Shown piece by piece: positions 62,330-64,000 of a stretch of DNA of 64,000 nucleotides (position 1 is its first letter; the number at the start of each line of letters is the position of its first letter). A program made the translations under genes and the position numbers. The stretch spans positions 47,616,001 through 47,680,000 of the forward strand of contig CM060732.1 in the NCBI GenBank assembly GCA_030704615.1, in the 5' to 3' direction. This stretch comes from Takakia lepidozioides. Lineage: Eukaryota; Plantae; Bryophyta. A model generated the notes under the pieces. That model made no database searches. It saw only the letters and a list, made by a program, of their open reading frames with translations, and was not told the origin of the DNA.

Positions 62330-62543
62330 ACGGCGCTGCCACGTGGCCCCACCCCAAAAACAATTGAGCTGTAGTTGGCGGAACGACTGACCGAAACCAC
62401 TCCGACCACATCATGACTGAAACGACTGGGCTGTCCGAAGAGACTAGTCTGTTGGCACTCTGAGTTGCCCAATCGTTTTTTGTCTGCAACGACTCACTTT
62501 GTAGTCGTTTCGCCAGTCGTTAAATCGACGATTCCTTGTAGTG
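62330..62543. mobile_element. CACTA-like right terminus
   Basis: Ends ...GATTCCTTGTAGTG (reverse complement CACTACAAGGAATC), preceded by clustered AACGAC/GTCGTT subterminal repeats. Confidence 0.55.
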
Positions 62544-64000
62544 GCTGTCGACGTTTTTCTGATTGATTTTTTACATTAGTGAGTGGTTTACATTCAATTT
62601 TCAACCAAAACGACCTTATCATGACGCATACACATTGGGCATCCCCTCATGTCGTAGACTAGAGAGTGGCTTATAAACTTTGGGAAACAAACTATTCAAA
62701 ACTCAAAAGAGGGAAGAAGCTACTCAGTGTAGTATTGGACTAACTTGGGGTAGCTTCCTCGATGTTTGCGCTACAATATCCGCGGTTTTTACCATGGTCT
62801 ATATCATGGCGACATATTATCGTTTGGAAGGCCTTGGAGAGTCATAATGTAATTTCTTCTTCAGGTTTATAGGTATTTTGGAAGGTTGTTTTTTAGGGTT
62901 GTCTTGAGGATGTGCTCTCCACGCCATTGCCATTGCCACTTACATGATATGTTGGAGTTGCCTTACAGTGCAGGGGTCACTTCTTGGTCACAGACCTTGT
63001 GGGAAATGCAGGTGAGAATGTTTGAAACAAATTATTCCAATTTTTGCAATTGAATAAGCTATTGCTGATTTGTGAGCTGTCCCTTTTTTGAGGAAAAAGA
63101 AAAAGAAAAAAGAAGCTAGGTGATGCCCAATCTACTATTGAACATTGAGTAGTGGGTGTCAAACATGTTTTTGGCCATGAAGAATAGCCAATTGAGAATG
63201 ATGTAACCGTTCATCCATCTTTGAAAACCCCATTGCACATTTTGACGGTTTATATCCTCACCATTTCACCAATTTCATTCACTGGTCATCTCAAAAACCT
63301 AGTCGGGATTCATCCTGATGACACTTGTACTTTACCTTACCTTATTTTACTTCTGGAATAACCGGCAGTTGTCATGACCCCAAAAAGCATGTTTGAAACC
63401 CACTAGTGAGCATTCAGCCTCACCTATTTTGGTGGTTATGCTTCCAGGATAGGCACAGCACTTTGACGTGGTTGTTGACTGTGAAGGGGCAGGTATACTT
63501 CACATATTGATCTGGGTTCCATGACCATGCGATGGAAATCTAATCAAGGCCTGTTTCTGATTCCATTACAGAGCTCAGCAGGTGTTGACTGAAAGAAATT
63601 CTATCCTTTCCCAAATAGTTGTACTAGCCTGCAGCATGCAAGGGGCTCCCAGTCACAAACTCATCAGGCCTCCTCTGGCAAGACTCTGGTCACCACGGAC
63701 TGTCCTATCATCATCAATATTGGAAGACCTTCCAACCACTTGTTACATATGCCATGACCCTCGAACAGATTGCACTCAATCTTGAGAATCTCTGATTCTC
63801 CTTTATGTAAATCCCAAACTTTGGTTCATGACTTGCAGAAACAATTCTTGCAGTTGCTATGAATTTCAATGACCAAGTCTGCACTCAAGACAGAAGCAGC
63901 TTGGATTGTTTTGCTCGCCCTCCCTCCTCCTGAAATTATTAGTATCTGAAGTTGTCCTGTACAGTGTAGGGTGAAAAAATACCACTGATTTTGGAGCCTG

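Noticed and set aside
57456-62543. One complete 5-kb CACTA element
   Set aside because: The two ends have different subterminal motifs (ACCACT vs AACGAC), the flanking 3-mers do not match (TAA vs GCT), and no transposase is visible.
59500-64000. Protein-coding genes in the last 4.5 kb
   Set aside because: Only short ORFs without recognisable domains. Probably decayed TE or UTR sequence that I cannot classify.

Overview
Eukaryotic nuclear DNA from a land plant, probably non-seed (bryophyte, lycophyte or fern, inferred from the PLS-PPR style, not proven), with GT-AG introns. Genes, left to right: a multi-exon FANCJ/BRIP1-like Fe-S DEAH helicase (-); a PLS-class PPR-DYW RNA-editing factor (-); a single-ORF VPS18 (-); a multi-exon class VIII myosin (+) with a Copia element in one intron; a GH29 alpha-L-fucosidase (+); and SMT2 (-). 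The right end is mostly TE remnants. Main result: three spliced exons upstream of the PPR ORF, not joined by the ORF track, add a putative targeting peptide and an OSB-type PDF single-stranded-DNA-binding motif, giving a predicted 1212-aa PDF-PPR-DYW fusion. The head-to-head PPR/myosin VIII junction is duplicated (about 14970-21152 and 29203-36931) with reciprocal decay: copy 1 keeps the PPR and has a doubly inverted myosin fragment, while copy 2 keeps the myosin and has a dead PPR interrupted by a CRE-like (RLE) retrotransposon. Exon boundaries were read by eye and need RNA-seq confirmation.
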